Assembly (NCBI GenBank): GCA_965153285.1
Contig: OZ229112.1
Direction: 5' to 3' (one strand)
DNA length: 64,000 bases
Source: Podarcis tiliguerta
Lineage: Eukaryota
Shown here piece after piece: positions 24,572 to 36,300 of this stretch. Below the pieces are notes generated by a model. That model ran no database searches and was not told where the DNA came from. It saw only the letters and a list, made by a program, of their open reading frames with translations. The position numbers and the translations under genes are program-made. How positions within the stretch are numbered: the stretch's first letter is position 1; each line of letters starts with the position of its first letter.

Positions 24572-24772
24572 GATTTAAAAACTAACGACAAACCTGGGTG
24601 CAGGAGCCCCAAGTCTACAGAATCTCATTTTCAGCCATCCAAGCAGCATTCCCAGGAAACCAATATTTATGACTATTATGACACGGGAAACCACTGGTGC
24701 AAGGACTGCAATACCATCTGTGGGACCATGTTTGATTTCTTCACACATATGCATAATAAGAAGCACAGGCAG
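24572..24772 (+). CDS. ZNF318: ZNF318 exon 7, matrin/U1-type zinc finger 1 (HWCKDCNTICGTMFDFFTHMHNKKH)
   Basis: ccccaatttag acceptor, CAG|gtgtgt donor; C-x2-C...H-x5-H spacing. Confidence 0.95.
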
Positions 24773-25213
24773 GTGTGTGCTATCAGGTTTTCATTAAGTA
24801 GTTTTAATTTGCTCTTCCAAGTTGTAAAATAATGTTTTGTAGAAAGCAAAGAACTACATGCCAATCAACTTTCCTTTTAGAAAATACAGTTTGGAATAAG
24901 TTCTTATTCCTAATCTTTTTGGTATGGTTTATCACTTACTATATTTTTCCACGTATAAGACACCCTCTGTTTTTTTGAACCCAAAATTAAGATACCAATA
25001 TTTTAAACATCAAACAGAACAACTTTTATATTTTCTTACATATTCAATGTCTGAGGGTAACTATTTGAATCCCAGCTTCATTTTGAGTGTCAATATGTGA
25101 GACAGTTCAGTACATGCCCACTTGGTATGTATAGTTCTGTTTTTCCTCAGTGCTTTTAGCATTTGGCAGGAAAGCAGACCTCATTTTAATATTTCTTTTG
25201 TCATTGTAAATAG

Positions 25214-25313
25214 ACCTTGGATCCATATAACAGACCTTGGGATTTGAAGACTCAAACTGAAACAAAGCAAGACCTTACAAAACGCATTGACAAGATACCA
25301 GTTCCTGCCAAAG
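25214..25313 (+). CDS. ZNF318: ZNF318 exon 8 (TLDPYNRPW...IPVPAK)
   Basis: aaatag acceptor, AAG|gtaagt donor; TLDPYNRPW motif. Confidence 0.92.
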
Positions 25314-25748
25314 GTAAGTTGCTTTTTATAGTTTAAGGTTAAGTGGTGTTTAGGAGGGCCAGATTGTTCACCCTGCTGCCAAGAAATGTTTTGTCTTATT
25401 AGTGTCAACAAAGACTGTCGCTTCCAAGTAAATGTATGACAGCTATTTTGTTTGCATGAATTGCTCTGTTACTGAATTAGTTGGGGATTGAAATGCAACA
25501 TAAATTTGTATTTGTATTTGAATGATACAGTGATAAGAATATACAGTGATAAGAATTGTTGAACAAGTGTAGGTTTCCGTTCTTCAGATCAGTTTGTTTC
25601 AAGTGGAATCCATGGTTAACTGGCTCATTTCAATTGTAGGGCTTTTTGTGTGCACTTTTAGTGTTTTGTTTGGATTTTTTGTTGTTCAAAGCTGTAGTGT
25701 GTCTTATTATCTTATTTCTGTAATTGATTGTTTTGGGCGGCATTTCAG

Positions 25749-25867
25749 GTTCTGAATTTCTAATCCCAGTCACTGGATATTACTGTCAACTGTGCCAAGA
25801 ATTTTTTGGAGATCAGATATCAGCAGAACAACATGTGAAAAATAATCCACATAACGAGAAATATAAG
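25749..25867 (+). CDS. ZNF318: ZNF318 exon 9, matrin-type zinc finger 2 (GSEFLIPVTGYYCQLCQEFFGDQISAEQHVKNNPHNEKYK)
   Basis: catttcag acceptor, AAG|gtacct donor; phase 1 to 0. Confidence 0.94.
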
Positions 25868-26205
25868 GTACCTGGAGTATTTGTTTTGAATAACAAGGTT
25901 TAAAAGTCATCTTACTGAAGTCTTAAAGTCTTCTGTTGTAAAAGGGAAGAGAAGCTATAGCTAAGTGGCATGACATATACTTAATATGCAAAAGCTTCTG
26001 AATTCTGTCCCTGGCATCTCCAGGTAGAGCTGAGAAGGACTTTTAATCTTTCTGAGTCACTGTAGATAATATTGTTGGACTGTGTTCCCAGTTGACACTT
26101 TGGTTGTGTGTTACTGAAATTTTACTGTACTAGATTTGTTTTATGCTGCAGTTTTTTAACCTCATTGGAATAAAGCTTTTCTCATATTACTTTATATATA
26201 AAAGT

Positions 26206-26302
26206 GTAGAGTTGGAAGGGACAACAAGGGCCATCTAGTTCAGCCCCCAGTGGGGCTCGAACCTATGAACCTGAGAGTGTCTCATGCTATACCGACTGAG
26301 CT
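26206..26302 (-). mobile_element. Internally deleted copy of the tRNA-Lys/CR1-tail SINE
   Basis: agctcagtcggtatagcatgagac...ggttcgagcccc joined to a cccttccaactctac tail. Confidence 0.65.
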
Positions 26303-26495
26303 TTGCTAATGTAGATATTCTGAATAATAATTGTCTAGGAAAACCACTCTTTCTCCTCCCTCTTGCATTTCTCAGCAAGTACAATTAGTAGTGGGGTGGT
26401 GATGAGGAAGATAAAATATTGAGGAAGATAAACCTGTACCACTACTGAAATTTCACATTAAGTAACAGCACTGAAACTTTTCCTTGTCTTCACAG

Positions 26496-29400
26496 AAATA
26501 TGTGGATGAAAATCCACTCTATGAAGAGAGAAGGAACATTGACCGTCAGGCAGGATTGTCTGTGATTCAAGAAACAGAACGCCGGTTGAAACGGAAGCTG
26601 TGTGAAAAGCAAAAAGAAGAGAGAGATGAAAAAGCAGTGAAAGTGGCAAGGAAAGAGGAACGAAAAAGTAAAGAGGAACCAAAGAATTCCAAAGAACTAG
26701 GAGATGGGGATAATGAAAATGAGTCTAATAAAAGGAAAGGCGTTTCTAATGGCCAGAAATGTGGGATTAAGCTTAAATTGAAAAAAGATGACAAAGAGGT
26801 TGAAAAGAAGGAAGGGAAAAAAGAGGAACCACCAAAGGAGTCAAGAATGACATCTTTTGGAAAGTTCAGCTGGAGGAAGACTGAAAGAGATGAAAAAAAT
26901 CAAGGCAAAGATGTAACTGCCTCTAAGGAGGAGAGCATTGAGGAAAGTAAAGATAAAGAAAGCAAGTCACAATCTGGAAAACCAAATTCAAAGCCAATTG
27001 CAATTAAATTGTCTGGGAAAACTGTTATCCCACACACTAGTCCCTGGACACCAGTTGTTTCAACATCATCACAAGCAAAAATCAGGCCCAATTTACCAGC
27101 CCCCATGATGGTTCTCAGAAAGTCTGCAACAGCAACAGTAAGCAAGCCTGCACCTTTGAATACTTTCTTATCCATAAAATCCTCTGGTGCGAGCACCAAG
27201 CCACTTCCTGTTGTAAAAGAGGGCAATCCAGAACTTGTTCTACCTCCTGATATTATTTCAAAAGCATTTGGGGGAGAAGTAGTAGTTTTAAAGGGTTCGC
27301 AGGAGAATGCAACGGTACCAGAACAAACAGAGGAACCTGATCATGAAGCTGTGTCCCGGCCTGTAGAGCATGCAAAAGCTGCGGAACATGCAAAGGCGAC
27401 TGCGGCAATAGCACAGGAACAAGCAGCAAAGGCACAGGAGCAAGCAAATGTTGTGGCAAAAGCACAAGCAAAGGCACGGGAACTTGCTGCTGTGATAAAG
27501 GAGCAAGTTACAAGACTGGGTATTTTTGAGAGACCTAATCGGCGTCCTCCTCTACTTCCACTGCCATCAGGACCACCGCTGTCAGTACCACTGCCAGTAC
27601 CACCAGCAATGGCATTCCCACCTCCACCCGCAGTGCCACCAAAACAAGCAACCATCCTTGCAGATGACATGGCTCCTGGTGTGTCTGAGGATGATAAAAA
27701 CATACTGGCAGTGCCCATGTGTCCCCATCCTTTGCCACCACCAACTATTTTCAGAGACCATGTTAAAAAACTGGAGAAAACGAACTCTTGCCTGGCAGCA
27801 GGTAATGCCAAAGATCTATACGATATTTTCTACAACCGCAGTGGGAGGAGTCCAGCTGATAGCAAGTCTGTGAACTCTGCAACTTCAGATAAAATTAAAT
27901 CAAATCCTGTTGAGAGACAGAAAAAAACAGACCAGCTGGCAGATCCCAAACTAAGCAGCAAGCCTGTCACACAAGAAACTCTACAAAACATACACAGTAC
28001 CTCAGATGTTAGCAAAATCCCTTTAAATGACAAGAGCCCAGAAACAGATGATGCTGAAGTTGAGAAACTTTTGGCAGCCTATGAAGAAAACTTTAAAACT
28101 GGTGTTGAGAGGGAATCAAAGAAAATCTCTCTTTCAGATGCACAGTCAGTATTAAAATATGAATCCAATGATTTTTCAGTAAATGCCCCTGAGACAACAG
28201 ATTTTAAATCTGGTGATGATAAAGAATTAGCAGTGCAGTTGTCAGTAGATCGTGTTGCTCTTTTAGAAGATGTTAGCAAGAAACCATCTGAACTTGAAAC
28301 AATAGAGTTAGCGATGCAGTTGCCAGAAAGCAATGCTTCTCCTTTGGAAGAACTCTACAAGAATTCCTCAGTATGTGAGGCAGCAGAGGTTAAATCTCCT
28401 GATGATGATGAATTAACAATGCAGTTGTCCCTGAAACCTGGTACTAAGAAGCCATCGGAGCTGGGGACAGCAGAATTTGTGCTGCAGTTGCCAGAAAGCA
28501 GTGTTCCTTCTTTGAATGACTTTAGCAACAAACCCGCTGATCTTGTGACAACAGATTTTAAATCTGATGATGATAAAGAATTGGCAATGAAATTGTCAGA
28601 AAACCATGTTGATCTCTTAGAAGATGTTAGCAAGAAGCCATCAGAGCTGGAGACTGCAGAATTAGCCATGCAGTTGCCAGAAAGCAATGCTTCTCCTTTG
28701 GAAGAACTTCACAAGAATCCATCTCTGTGTGAGGAAGCAGTGTTTAAATCTCTTGATGATAAAGAATCAGCAATGCAGTTGTCACAGGAACATGATAATA
28801 AGAAGTCATCAGAACTGGAGACAGCAGAATTTGCTATGCAGTTGCCAGAGAGCAGTGTTCCTCATTTGGATGATGTTACCAACAAGCCCACAGGCCTTAA
28901 GACAACAGACGTTAAATCTCCCGACGATAAAGAACTAACAGTGCAGTTGTCAGAAAGCAGTGTTTTTCCTTTGGATGATTTTAGCAACAAACCTACAGAC
29001 CTTGAGACAACAGACTTTAAATTTCCAGATGATAAGGAATTAGGCTTACATATGTCAGAAGACCATGTTGCTCTTTTAAAAGAGCACGATGTTAGCAAGA
29101 AACGATCTGAATTTAAGACAGCAGGATTAGCCATGCAGTTGCCAGAAAGCAATACTTCTTTGGAAGAATTTTGCCAGAATTCATTGGAGTGCAGGACAGC
29201 AGAGTATAAATCTCCTGATGATAAAGAATTAGCACTGCAATTGTCAGAAGACCAAGAGGCTCTTCTAAAAGATGTTAGCAATAAACCTCTGGGGCATGAG
29301 ATGGCAGAGTTTAAATTTCCTGGTAAGAAAGAGTTAATAATGCAAATGGCAGAAAATGAGACTGACTTTACTGCTGAAGATGTTGGTGTGGCAAGTGACA

Positions 29401-31226
29401 CAGACATTAGCGACGAGTCACAAGACCAGCAGAAAATGGATAAATCCAAATTAAACAAGATCAGTAAAAGTTTGGAGATGAAAGCATATTTGACAAGTTT
29501 AGGTGAGAGAGATGTAGGAGGAGAACATACAGAATTTGCAGGACATCAGTTTGTTGTTAGTCAGGAGCATGAGTCTCGGTTATTTGAAACACAAATTGAT
29601 ACCCCTAAGGGAGAAGGTCATACTATAACAGAAGATAAGCAACTTGATGACAGCTCTGAATCAACAATTTCTATGTGGGTTTCAGAGGTGCGTGTTCAGA
29701 GTCCACTGGCATGGGAGCCAGCCTCATCTTCAAAAGTGAATAAGGAAAATCCTCAAATAGCAATGATAGATCAGAGTTCCAATAAAGAACCATTATTGGA
29801 TCTAAAATGGGGCAATGTGGGCCTTGATAGGCTTGAATCAGCAATCAGTGATGAAAGTCCGCAGACTTCAGAGGTCCAGAACATAGATCCTGGTTTGAAG
29901 CCTTTAAATACAGATGAATTTAATAAATCCTGTATAAATAATGAACAAAAATTGTTGACTAGTTCTCAACCAAACAATGATGAAAATTGTAATGTAGTTG
30001 GTGTTCCAGTATCAGAAGAGATACCAAATGAGTGCCTTGTTAACGTTACAATGATAAGCAGTACACTAGGGGAACATGAAGAAATTAGTCAACATCCATT
30101 ACGCTGTGAAACCAAGGATTCCCAAGCTAAGGGAGCTGAAACTCTGGGCAGTATGTCTTCTGCAAATGATGAACTTCGTTCCAGTGCAGAATTAATGTTT
30201 ATAAAAAATAATGGGTGTGGGCCTTCTGAATCTGATCTCAGTTTAAATGACAATGCAGAGAGAGGTTCTGTAGAAACATATAGCACTCACTTTTCCAGTG
30301 TTCAGCCAGAGATGGTTCAAGAACCACTGGGTGCTCTTCCAACAGAAATCAGTGTTGAACATCTTGGAGAGGTAGCCCTTCCATTCACAGACATGAACAC
30401 TGGGATCTTGGATACCTCAGCAGCTGGTGACTTGGACTTGAATAGCACTTATTCAGAACTTAACTTTGATCATTCTACAACACCTTCTCCAAAGTCTGGA
30501 GAAATAAAGCCTAATGATTCTCCTAGATTGAAACCAAGCCTGGAAATAGAAACCATTAATTTTAGTCTGGGAGATATTGAGGTAGAACGTGAACATCTGG
30601 GCATCCTACCATCTGAAATTCTGAATGAGGATATTGTAGGGAGTCCAAAGTTAGAAACCATTTCATCCATTTCTTTAGGGTCCAACAAAACTAGAGAATT
30701 GGGCATTGAGCAACCTGCAATTGAACCAGAAATGATTGCTTTTGTTGAGTTAGCATCTGGTGAGGAAGAGGATAAATTTTGCTCCTTGGTTTCTGATGTA
30801 ATTGTCCCAGACATAGTGTCTCCTGCATCAAATGGTAGCACTGATGGACCAAGCATGTCACTCATTGAAATGCAGGACATGCCTCCAATTTCCATGGTAT
30901 TGCAATCAGATGTTAGCAGAGACAGCACTTCTGATATGCCACCATTGAGTAGCAACGAAAAAAATGTACAATGCCAAGCAACTGAGTGCAAGGAATCCTT
31001 CCTTCTAGATCTACAGAAAACATCTGTAGAAGTGGGGGGCTCAGGTGACAACGAATTGTACATTGTCAAGAATGAGATGCAGGCATCTGGAAGGGAGTTA
31101 AACAAGACAGATGAAGTGGAAAATAATGATAGTAGATATGAGATTAACAGTAAGTTGACTTCAGAAGTAACTGAAAGCTCTGCAGAGTACCTGGTAAGTT
31201 CAGATAATATTGATCCTGATGTTTGA
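26496..31226 (+). CDS. ZNF318: ZNF318 exon 10, giant terminal coding exon (4731 nt including stop)
   Basis: cttcacag acceptor; KYVDENPLYEERRN, SFGKFSW, LPPDIISKAFGGE and AKDLYDIFY motifs, then a divergent acidic tail; TGA at 31224-31226. Confidence 0.95.
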   Translation, partial: KYVDENPLYEERRNIDRQAGLSVIQETERRLKRKLCEKQKEERDEKAVKVARKEERKSKEEPKNSKELGDGDNENESNKRKGVSNGQKCGIKLKLKKDDKEVEKKEGKKEEPPKESRMTSFGKFSWRKTERDEKNQGKDVTASKEESIEESKDKESKSQSGKPNSKPIAIKLSGKTVIPHTSPWTPVVSTSSQAKIRPNLPAPMMVLRKSATATVSKPAPLNTFLSIKSSGASTKPLPVVKEGNPELVLPPDIISKAFGGEVVVLKGSQENATVPEQTEEPDHEAVSRPVEHAKAAEHAKATAAIAQEQAAKAQEQANVVAKAQAKARELAAVIKEQVTRLGIFERPNRRPPLLPLPSGPPLSVPLPVPPAMAFPPPPAVPPKQATILADDMAPGVSEDDKNILAVPMCPHPLPPPTIFRDHVKKLEKTNSCLAAGNAKDLYDIFYNRSGRSPADSKSVNSATSDKIKSNPVERQKKTDQLADPKLSSKPVTQETLQNIHSTSDVSKIPLNDKSPETDDAEVEKLLAAYEENFKTGVERESKKISLSDAQSVLKYESNDFSVNAPETTDFKSGDDKELAVQLSVDRVALLEDVSKKPSELETIELAMQLPESNASPLEELYKNSSVCEAAEVKSPDDDELTMQLSLKPGTKKPSELGTAEFVLQLPESSVPSLNDFSNKPADLVTTDFKSDDDKELAMKLSENHVDLLEDVSKKPSELETAELAMQLPESNASPLEELHKNPSLCEEAVFKSLDDKESAMQLSQEHDNKKSSELETAEFAMQLPESSVPHLDDVTNKPTGLKTTDVKSPDDKELTVQLSESSVFPLDDFSNKPTDLETTDFKFPDDKELGLHMSEDHVALLKEHDVSKKRSEFKTAGLAMQLPESNTSLEEFCQNSLECRTAEYKSPDDKELALQLSEDQEALLKDVSNKPLGHEMAEFKFPGKKELIMQMAENETDFTAEDVGVASDTDISDESQDQQKMDKSKLNKISKSLEMKAYLTSLGERDVGGEHTEFAGHQFVVSQEHESRLFETQIDTPKGEGHTITEDKQLDDSSESTISMWVSEVRVQSPLAWEPASSSKVNKENPQIAMIDQSSNKEPLLDLKWGNVGLDRLESAISDESPQTSEVQNIDPGLKPLNTDEFNKSCINNEQKLLTSSQPNNDENCNVVGVPVSEEIPNECLVNVTMISSTLGEHEEISQHPLRCETKDSQAKGAETLGSMSSANDELRSSAELMFIKNNGCGPSESDLSLNDNAERGSVETYSTHFSSVQPEMVQEPLGALPTEISVEHLGEVALPFTDMNTGILDTSAAGDLDLNSTYSELNFDHSTTPSPKSGEIKPNDSPRLKPSLEIETINFSLGDIEVEREHLGILPSEILNEDIVGSPKLETISSISLGSNKTRELGIEQPAIEPEMIAFVELASGEEEDKFCSLVSDVIVPDIVSPASNGSTDGPSMSLIEMQDMPPISMVLQSDVSRDSTSDMPPLSSNEKNVQCQATECKESFLLDLQKTSVEVGGSGDNELYIVKNEMQASGRELNKTDEVENNDSRYEINSKLTSEVTESSAEYLVSSDNIDPDV
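28194..29350 (+). repeat. Coding higher-order tandem repeat (354-nt period built from 27-35 aa subunits) in ZNF318 exon 10
   Basis: The anchor acaga(t/c)..taaat recurs at 28197, 28551, 28905 and 29010. Confidence 0.9.
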
Positions 31227-31431
31227 GTAGCTGTTGTGTAGATTTTGTAAATATTCTGTTTGAGTTTGATATGTTAGATATTTTGAAGTAGATATTTGCT
31301 AAAGCCTGAACTTCATTTGCCCTGAAAAATATACACCATTGTACATATTGGATTGTATAAACATTTTTTTGTTGAACTTAGAACATTTCATTTCTATTTC
31401 TTGCAGTTAAAATGCAATTACTCATCTATAA

Positions 31432-31844
31432 CTGACCTTCACAAATAATACAGAACCATAGTTTAGCATTATCAGAATGCATAACAGTGAACCTTTAGCT
31501 TGCACACTTCATTTTACCTCTCCTGGTGTGACTGTGAGGAAATTGAACGTTGCATTAATCACAGTTTCACATTATGTCTGAAACACAAACTGTGGTTAAT
31601 CTTAAGCTTCATAAACTATGATATGAAGTTGGCTTGTTTCCACCAACCATAGGACTAGCTGCATTTTCTCTGGATATGGACAGCAAGACAAGCTAAGCTA
31701 CAGTTGGTCTAAAATGGAAGTGAAAGTTTCCAAATGTCATGACTGTACTGGAGGAAAAGGGTGGTAGCAAGTGAGCTCAAGGCTTGCTGCAGATTTTCCT
31801 TGTAATGCTTAAACAATAGTTTGGCATTTTGTGGGAATGCAGCC
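31432..31844. mobile_element. Old palindromic repeat with repeated aaccatag/ctgtggtt motifs inside the ZNF318 3'UTR
   Basis: Imperfect inverted termini (ctgaccttcacaaataatacagaaccatagttt vs aaacaatagtttggcattttgtgggaatgcagcc) and repeated internal motifs. Confidence 0.45.
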
Positions 31845-32575
31845 AGTGTGTATGTGGGCCTTTGGAGGGTTTATTGCTGTTGGGGCATATATGGGTTTTG
31901 TGGGGGTTTTTTTGCATTTTTCTTTGACTATTTAATGGTTTCTGATTTACACAGCTTTTGTAAGTAACATTCCAAGTGCAACAGTGACAAGCGCAAGAAC
32001 ACCTGTTCAGAACTTGAAGAAAAAAGAAGGCTCTTGCTGAAACATTTGAGCAGGAAGTTTATTTGAAATGTTATGCATGTTTTGTTGCACAAAATGTAAA
32101 ATGCATAAAGATTGTTCTGCATTTTTGACTTGTAATTACGTTGTTGAATTGCTCTGTAACCCAGACTGTAATGCCATGTTACTGTGTGTGTGGATATCAT
32201 CTCGCTGAGCAAAGAAGAAAAATCTACCGACTCACTTTTGGAGACGGAAACTATTTGGTAAGGCTGTGGCCCAACAACTGGACTCTGCATATTGAGGTCA
32301 CTTACATGATTTGAAATCACATTTCATTTCATTGTATTGTAATGCAGTAACTGTTTGTGTTGAATTGTTTAGCAGCTGCCCAGCTCAGAAGAAATAGAAG
32401 ATCTCAACTTTGCTCTCAGGATTGGATTCACTTCACATACCCAGACATTACATGCCTGAATGAACCCCTGAGCCGCAAAATACTGTTTTGTGAAGGTTTT
32501 TCACTTATTCAGCTTGTCAAGATATGACGTAAACGTTTGCATGGATCTATATAAAAGGTTTATCTGTAAATTTAA

Positions 32576-32581
32576 AATAAA
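32576..32581 (+). terminator. ZNF318: Probable ZNF318 polyadenylation signal AATAAA
   Basis: AATAAA about 1.35 kb after the stop, followed by T/GT-rich sequence. Confidence 0.55.
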
Positions 32582-34244
32582 CCCAATATATCAAAGATAT
32601 TGCCATTTTCCCCTTTGTTCTACAAGTTCTTGTTCTACAAGTGGTTCTACAAGTTGTTTTTTGTGAACATTCAGACAACTGGTTCTTCAGTTATTTTCCC
32701 ATTTTCACCACACTGGAAATTAAATCAAACCATGAATTATGCAGCATTATGAGAAAACTTTAAATATTCAGCAGGTTAAACATGGTGTGTAACTTACGCT
32801 CTTTCAATTTTAAAAGAAAACAGTATGGTAAAAATGCTTTGAAAACTTTTGGTCCCCCCCCCCCATTATGTTTTAAAAGATCCAGGCCCAGGGTCCACAA
32901 ATAAAGTTAGTGTTTGTAAGGTGGGATATGAGTGAACTGTTAAAAAACAAAAAAGGGTTTGTGCTAATTAAAAATGCAGTTGAATTAAGTAAATAAGTAT
33001 TTATGGTGGAGATACAATTAACTTGTGCTGTCAGTTGTTCAGCCTACACTGTTGCACTAGCACTTCTGTGCTGACCCAGAACATTACACAGGTACAAAAG
33101 TAGGAATTGCTGCTAGCAACCACCATTACCAATATCAGAAGCAAGATAGCATAAAGGAAGAGGTGGGATTGTGGTTGCTTTGCTTGTCTGTATCCATAAG
33201 TTACTGACAACTCGGAAGCCAACTCTGCTGCTATAGTTCTGTACTCTGCTTGATAGTATATATGAACAGGATTTCAGGTGGTGGGGCAGCAAAGACATGC
33301 TTCTTACTTTGCTTGGAATATCAACAGGTGCAGTAGAGGTCACACTGCTGTTGCAGCTGCACACATCTGTGGATTCGTGGTTTTGATCAAAGAAGTAAGT
33401 TTAGTAAACATTTTCTGCCTCATAACTTATTCCAGTGAAATCCAATAAACACTGGTTTCATCTGATATTTCTTCCAATTTTATCCTTCAAGGAGTTACAG
33501 GCTCTCTCTTCTGTCCATTTTATAATAATCAACAGTTCTATGAGGTATATTGAGCTAAGAAATGGTGACTAGATTAAGGCTACCCAATGCGCTTCAGAGC
33601 TGAGGATGTATCTCTTCCACACTGGTGTTATCCAATGTCTTCCAGATGTTGGGTTACAGTTCCCATAATCCCTGGCCAAAAGCCATGCTTTCTGGGGCTG
33701 ATGGGAGTTTTAGTCCAACAGTATCTGGAAGGTGTACCACATTGGCCATCCCTGCATTACACCACAATCTCTTGTTATTTTCTTATCCATATTACCTACC
33801 ATGACTATGCTTTTCCCCTCACAAACTTGGATTGAAACTCCTACTTCATGTATAAGAATGCTCCAAAAGGAAAGGGGGAAAACCTTTTTTTTATTATTCT
33901 AAATGCCTTCATTTTACTGATAGAATTATAGTTTAAAAATGTAACGGGTAACTTAATTGATTATAGTTCATGTTGAGAGAAGTTCTTTTAGTTCAGACAG
34001 TTCAATGTGAAAATTGCATTACAGTAGAAAACGATACTGAATAGCAAGATAGTAAGAGTTTGCCTATGCACATGAATTGACAATGTGGTGAAACGGAAAC
34101 AAATTGTGATGACAAGGGATTGCCCTTATTAACAAAAATTAACTAATCACAGGGTCTGGGTGGCACCCACCTGGCATTTCTTAAAAGATTTCAAATGTCA
34201 AATTGCTGATCTTTTTTTTTAAAAAAAGTTCCTAAGATCAGACA

Positions 34245-34670
34245 CACTCTGAGGACTATAAAATAGCCAATTTGGGGGGGGGGGGGCGGTGGGAGGGATG
34301 TGGGAAATAACAGGCCAGTTAGCATAACATCTGTTCCAGGAAAATTGGTGGAAAGCATTATTAAAGATAGAATTATGAGGTATATAAAAGTACATGAGTT
34401 GTTGAAACAAAACCAGCATGACTTCTGCAAGGGTAAGTCCTGTCTCAAAATTCTAGAGTTCTCTGAGAGTGTCAGTAAGCATATCGGTTGAGGTGACCCG
34501 TTTGATACTGTGTACTTAAACTTCTAAAAAGCTTTTGATAAAGTATCTCACCAAAGACTCCTGAGTAAGCATAACAGACATGAAATGAGAGGGCTTCTTA
34601 TGGATCAGGAATTGGTTAAGTAGCAAGAAGCACAGAGTAAGAATAAATGGACAGTTCTCCCAATGGAGGA
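34245..34670 (+). mobile_element. CR1 LINE reverse-transcriptase fragment (degraded)
   Basis: GNNRPVSITSVPGKLVESIIKDRI...NQHDFCKGKSCL...YLNF*KAFDKV; in-frame stops. Confidence 0.85.
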
Positions 34671-35659
34671 TTCTTCTATGGATAGGGATTTTGCATCTCC
34701 ACCCTCACTCCAACTTTTAAAAAATAATATACCTGGAGAAGCTACTGGCAGTTCCCATGCATTAAAGTTATCTTTTCCCCCCACTCCAGCACCAAAAAAA
34801 AAATCCAACACCATCGGAACGAGCAAAGCACAATGCTAATTCTCAAGTTTTTAGCTTTAACACTGGGAGGAAGTCCTCTGAATCTTGTTTAACATTTAGC
34901 TGAAAAGTCAGCAGCTGAACATAGGTTAGGGGAACAGAAATAAGTCTGGTTGCCAAAATACCTGGCAACATTAGAATGGGGGGTGGGGGAAAAGTTAAGT
35001 AACTTCCAAGTTGCTGTTTTTAAAAGTATCGCAAGAGGGCAATCCTGTATGCATTTCAGGCCTCGGGGGCAGAGTAATTTTTATGTTGTGACCAGCCAGT
35101 ACTTTTGCAAGAGACCTTGGCATTCCATTCTAGAGCAGCCTTGGGGAGGGTTGCACAGCAGAAGCCTCTAGCATAGACAAAATAAAACAAGGGTAACGAC
35201 AGGGCAAAAAGCAACGGTTTGATAAATATGCAGTGTTCACTCTTGATGACCACCCTTTATTTCTAGTTTATTTGAGCAATTCTGATACTTCCTGAGAATA
35301 TTTGAACAGATCTAACAATAACAAGGTTGGTATTTATTTGCATGAACTGTGTCCCCCCCCCCTTTTTTTTCCTGGGGGGAGTTTTCTTGCCTAGTTCTTC
35401 CTGTCCTGAAGGTATACTGGAGTGGAATATTTCAGGTGAGCTTCATAATGTAAAAGAAAAAGAGGTAGATAACAAAAATGAAAGTTAATTATCCATAGTT
35501 ACCTGTTACTATAAAATTTCTGGTATCATCACTGAAATGTGTCAAATCACTGTTATTTTAAACAAATACATTAAAATGCTTATTGTAAAATTACTCTGGT
35601 GTCTGGGTTTTCTTTTTGCACCATGACATTATTTCAGCAACTTTTTTTAGTAACTACAT

Positions 35660-35793
35660 CAGTGTGGGGTATCTGCAGCCCCAAATGTTGGACTCCAACT
35701 TACATCAGTCCTGGCCAACATGGCCAATGTTTGTAAGAGATTATGGGAGTGGTAGTTCAGCAATTTCTGGAAAGCAATTTCCCCCCAGCCCTG
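35660..35793. mobile_element. Short palindromic hAT-like MITE
   Basis: cag...ctg termini; near-TSD aactacat / aactacac; same core. Confidence 0.6.
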
Positions 35794-36044
35794 AACTACA
35801 CAATTAACTTTATTTCAGTGCAGCGCAGCAAGTGTCTTATTCCTTATCTCAATGTGAAAACTGATTAAAAATCCAGATGTTAAACCAGGACCTGATTGAT
35901 ACAGTGCTTCCAGTCACTATTTCATGCAGCCTGTCTAGCAGTTGTTTTAAAAATGATGCCTTGGATCCAGGGAAGCATGGGGCTGCCGAAGCATGTCATG
36001 CATGGTGCTGTAGAAAAGGTGCGATAGGTTTCCCATAATACTAG

Positions 36045-36300
36045 ACTCTGGGATCAACCATTAAAGTTGAATGGTGAGAGATTCAGGACAGACAAAGGAA
36101 GTACTTCAAACAGCATTTAGTTTAACAATGGCATTCACTGCCATTGTATCTAATTTGATGCTTCTGAAAATGAATCGTTGGGAAGCATGAGTAGGAGTGA
36201 AGGGTGCATGCTGTTGTGCTCATTCCTTGCTTGTGGGCTTCCCATAGGCTGGCTACTAAACAGAATGCTGGACAGGCCTTTGGTGTGATCCAGCCAGGGT
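36045..36300 (+). mobile_element. CR1 LINE 3' fragment
   Basis: agattcaggacagacaaaggaagtacttc... and gctggacaggcctttggtgtgatccagc are typical of CR1 3' ends. Confidence 0.6.

Noticed and set aside
28194-29350. Repeat-spacer-like periodicity that might suggest a CRISPR-type array
   Set aside because: The units are degenerate, in-frame protein-coding repeats in a vertebrate exon; there are no unique spacers and no cas genes.
26567-31105. Many long minus-strand ORFs (up to 211 aa) over ZNF318 exon 10
   Set aside because: Antisense shadows of a long, repetitive, biased coding exon; Ser/Leu-rich, with no splice or homology support.
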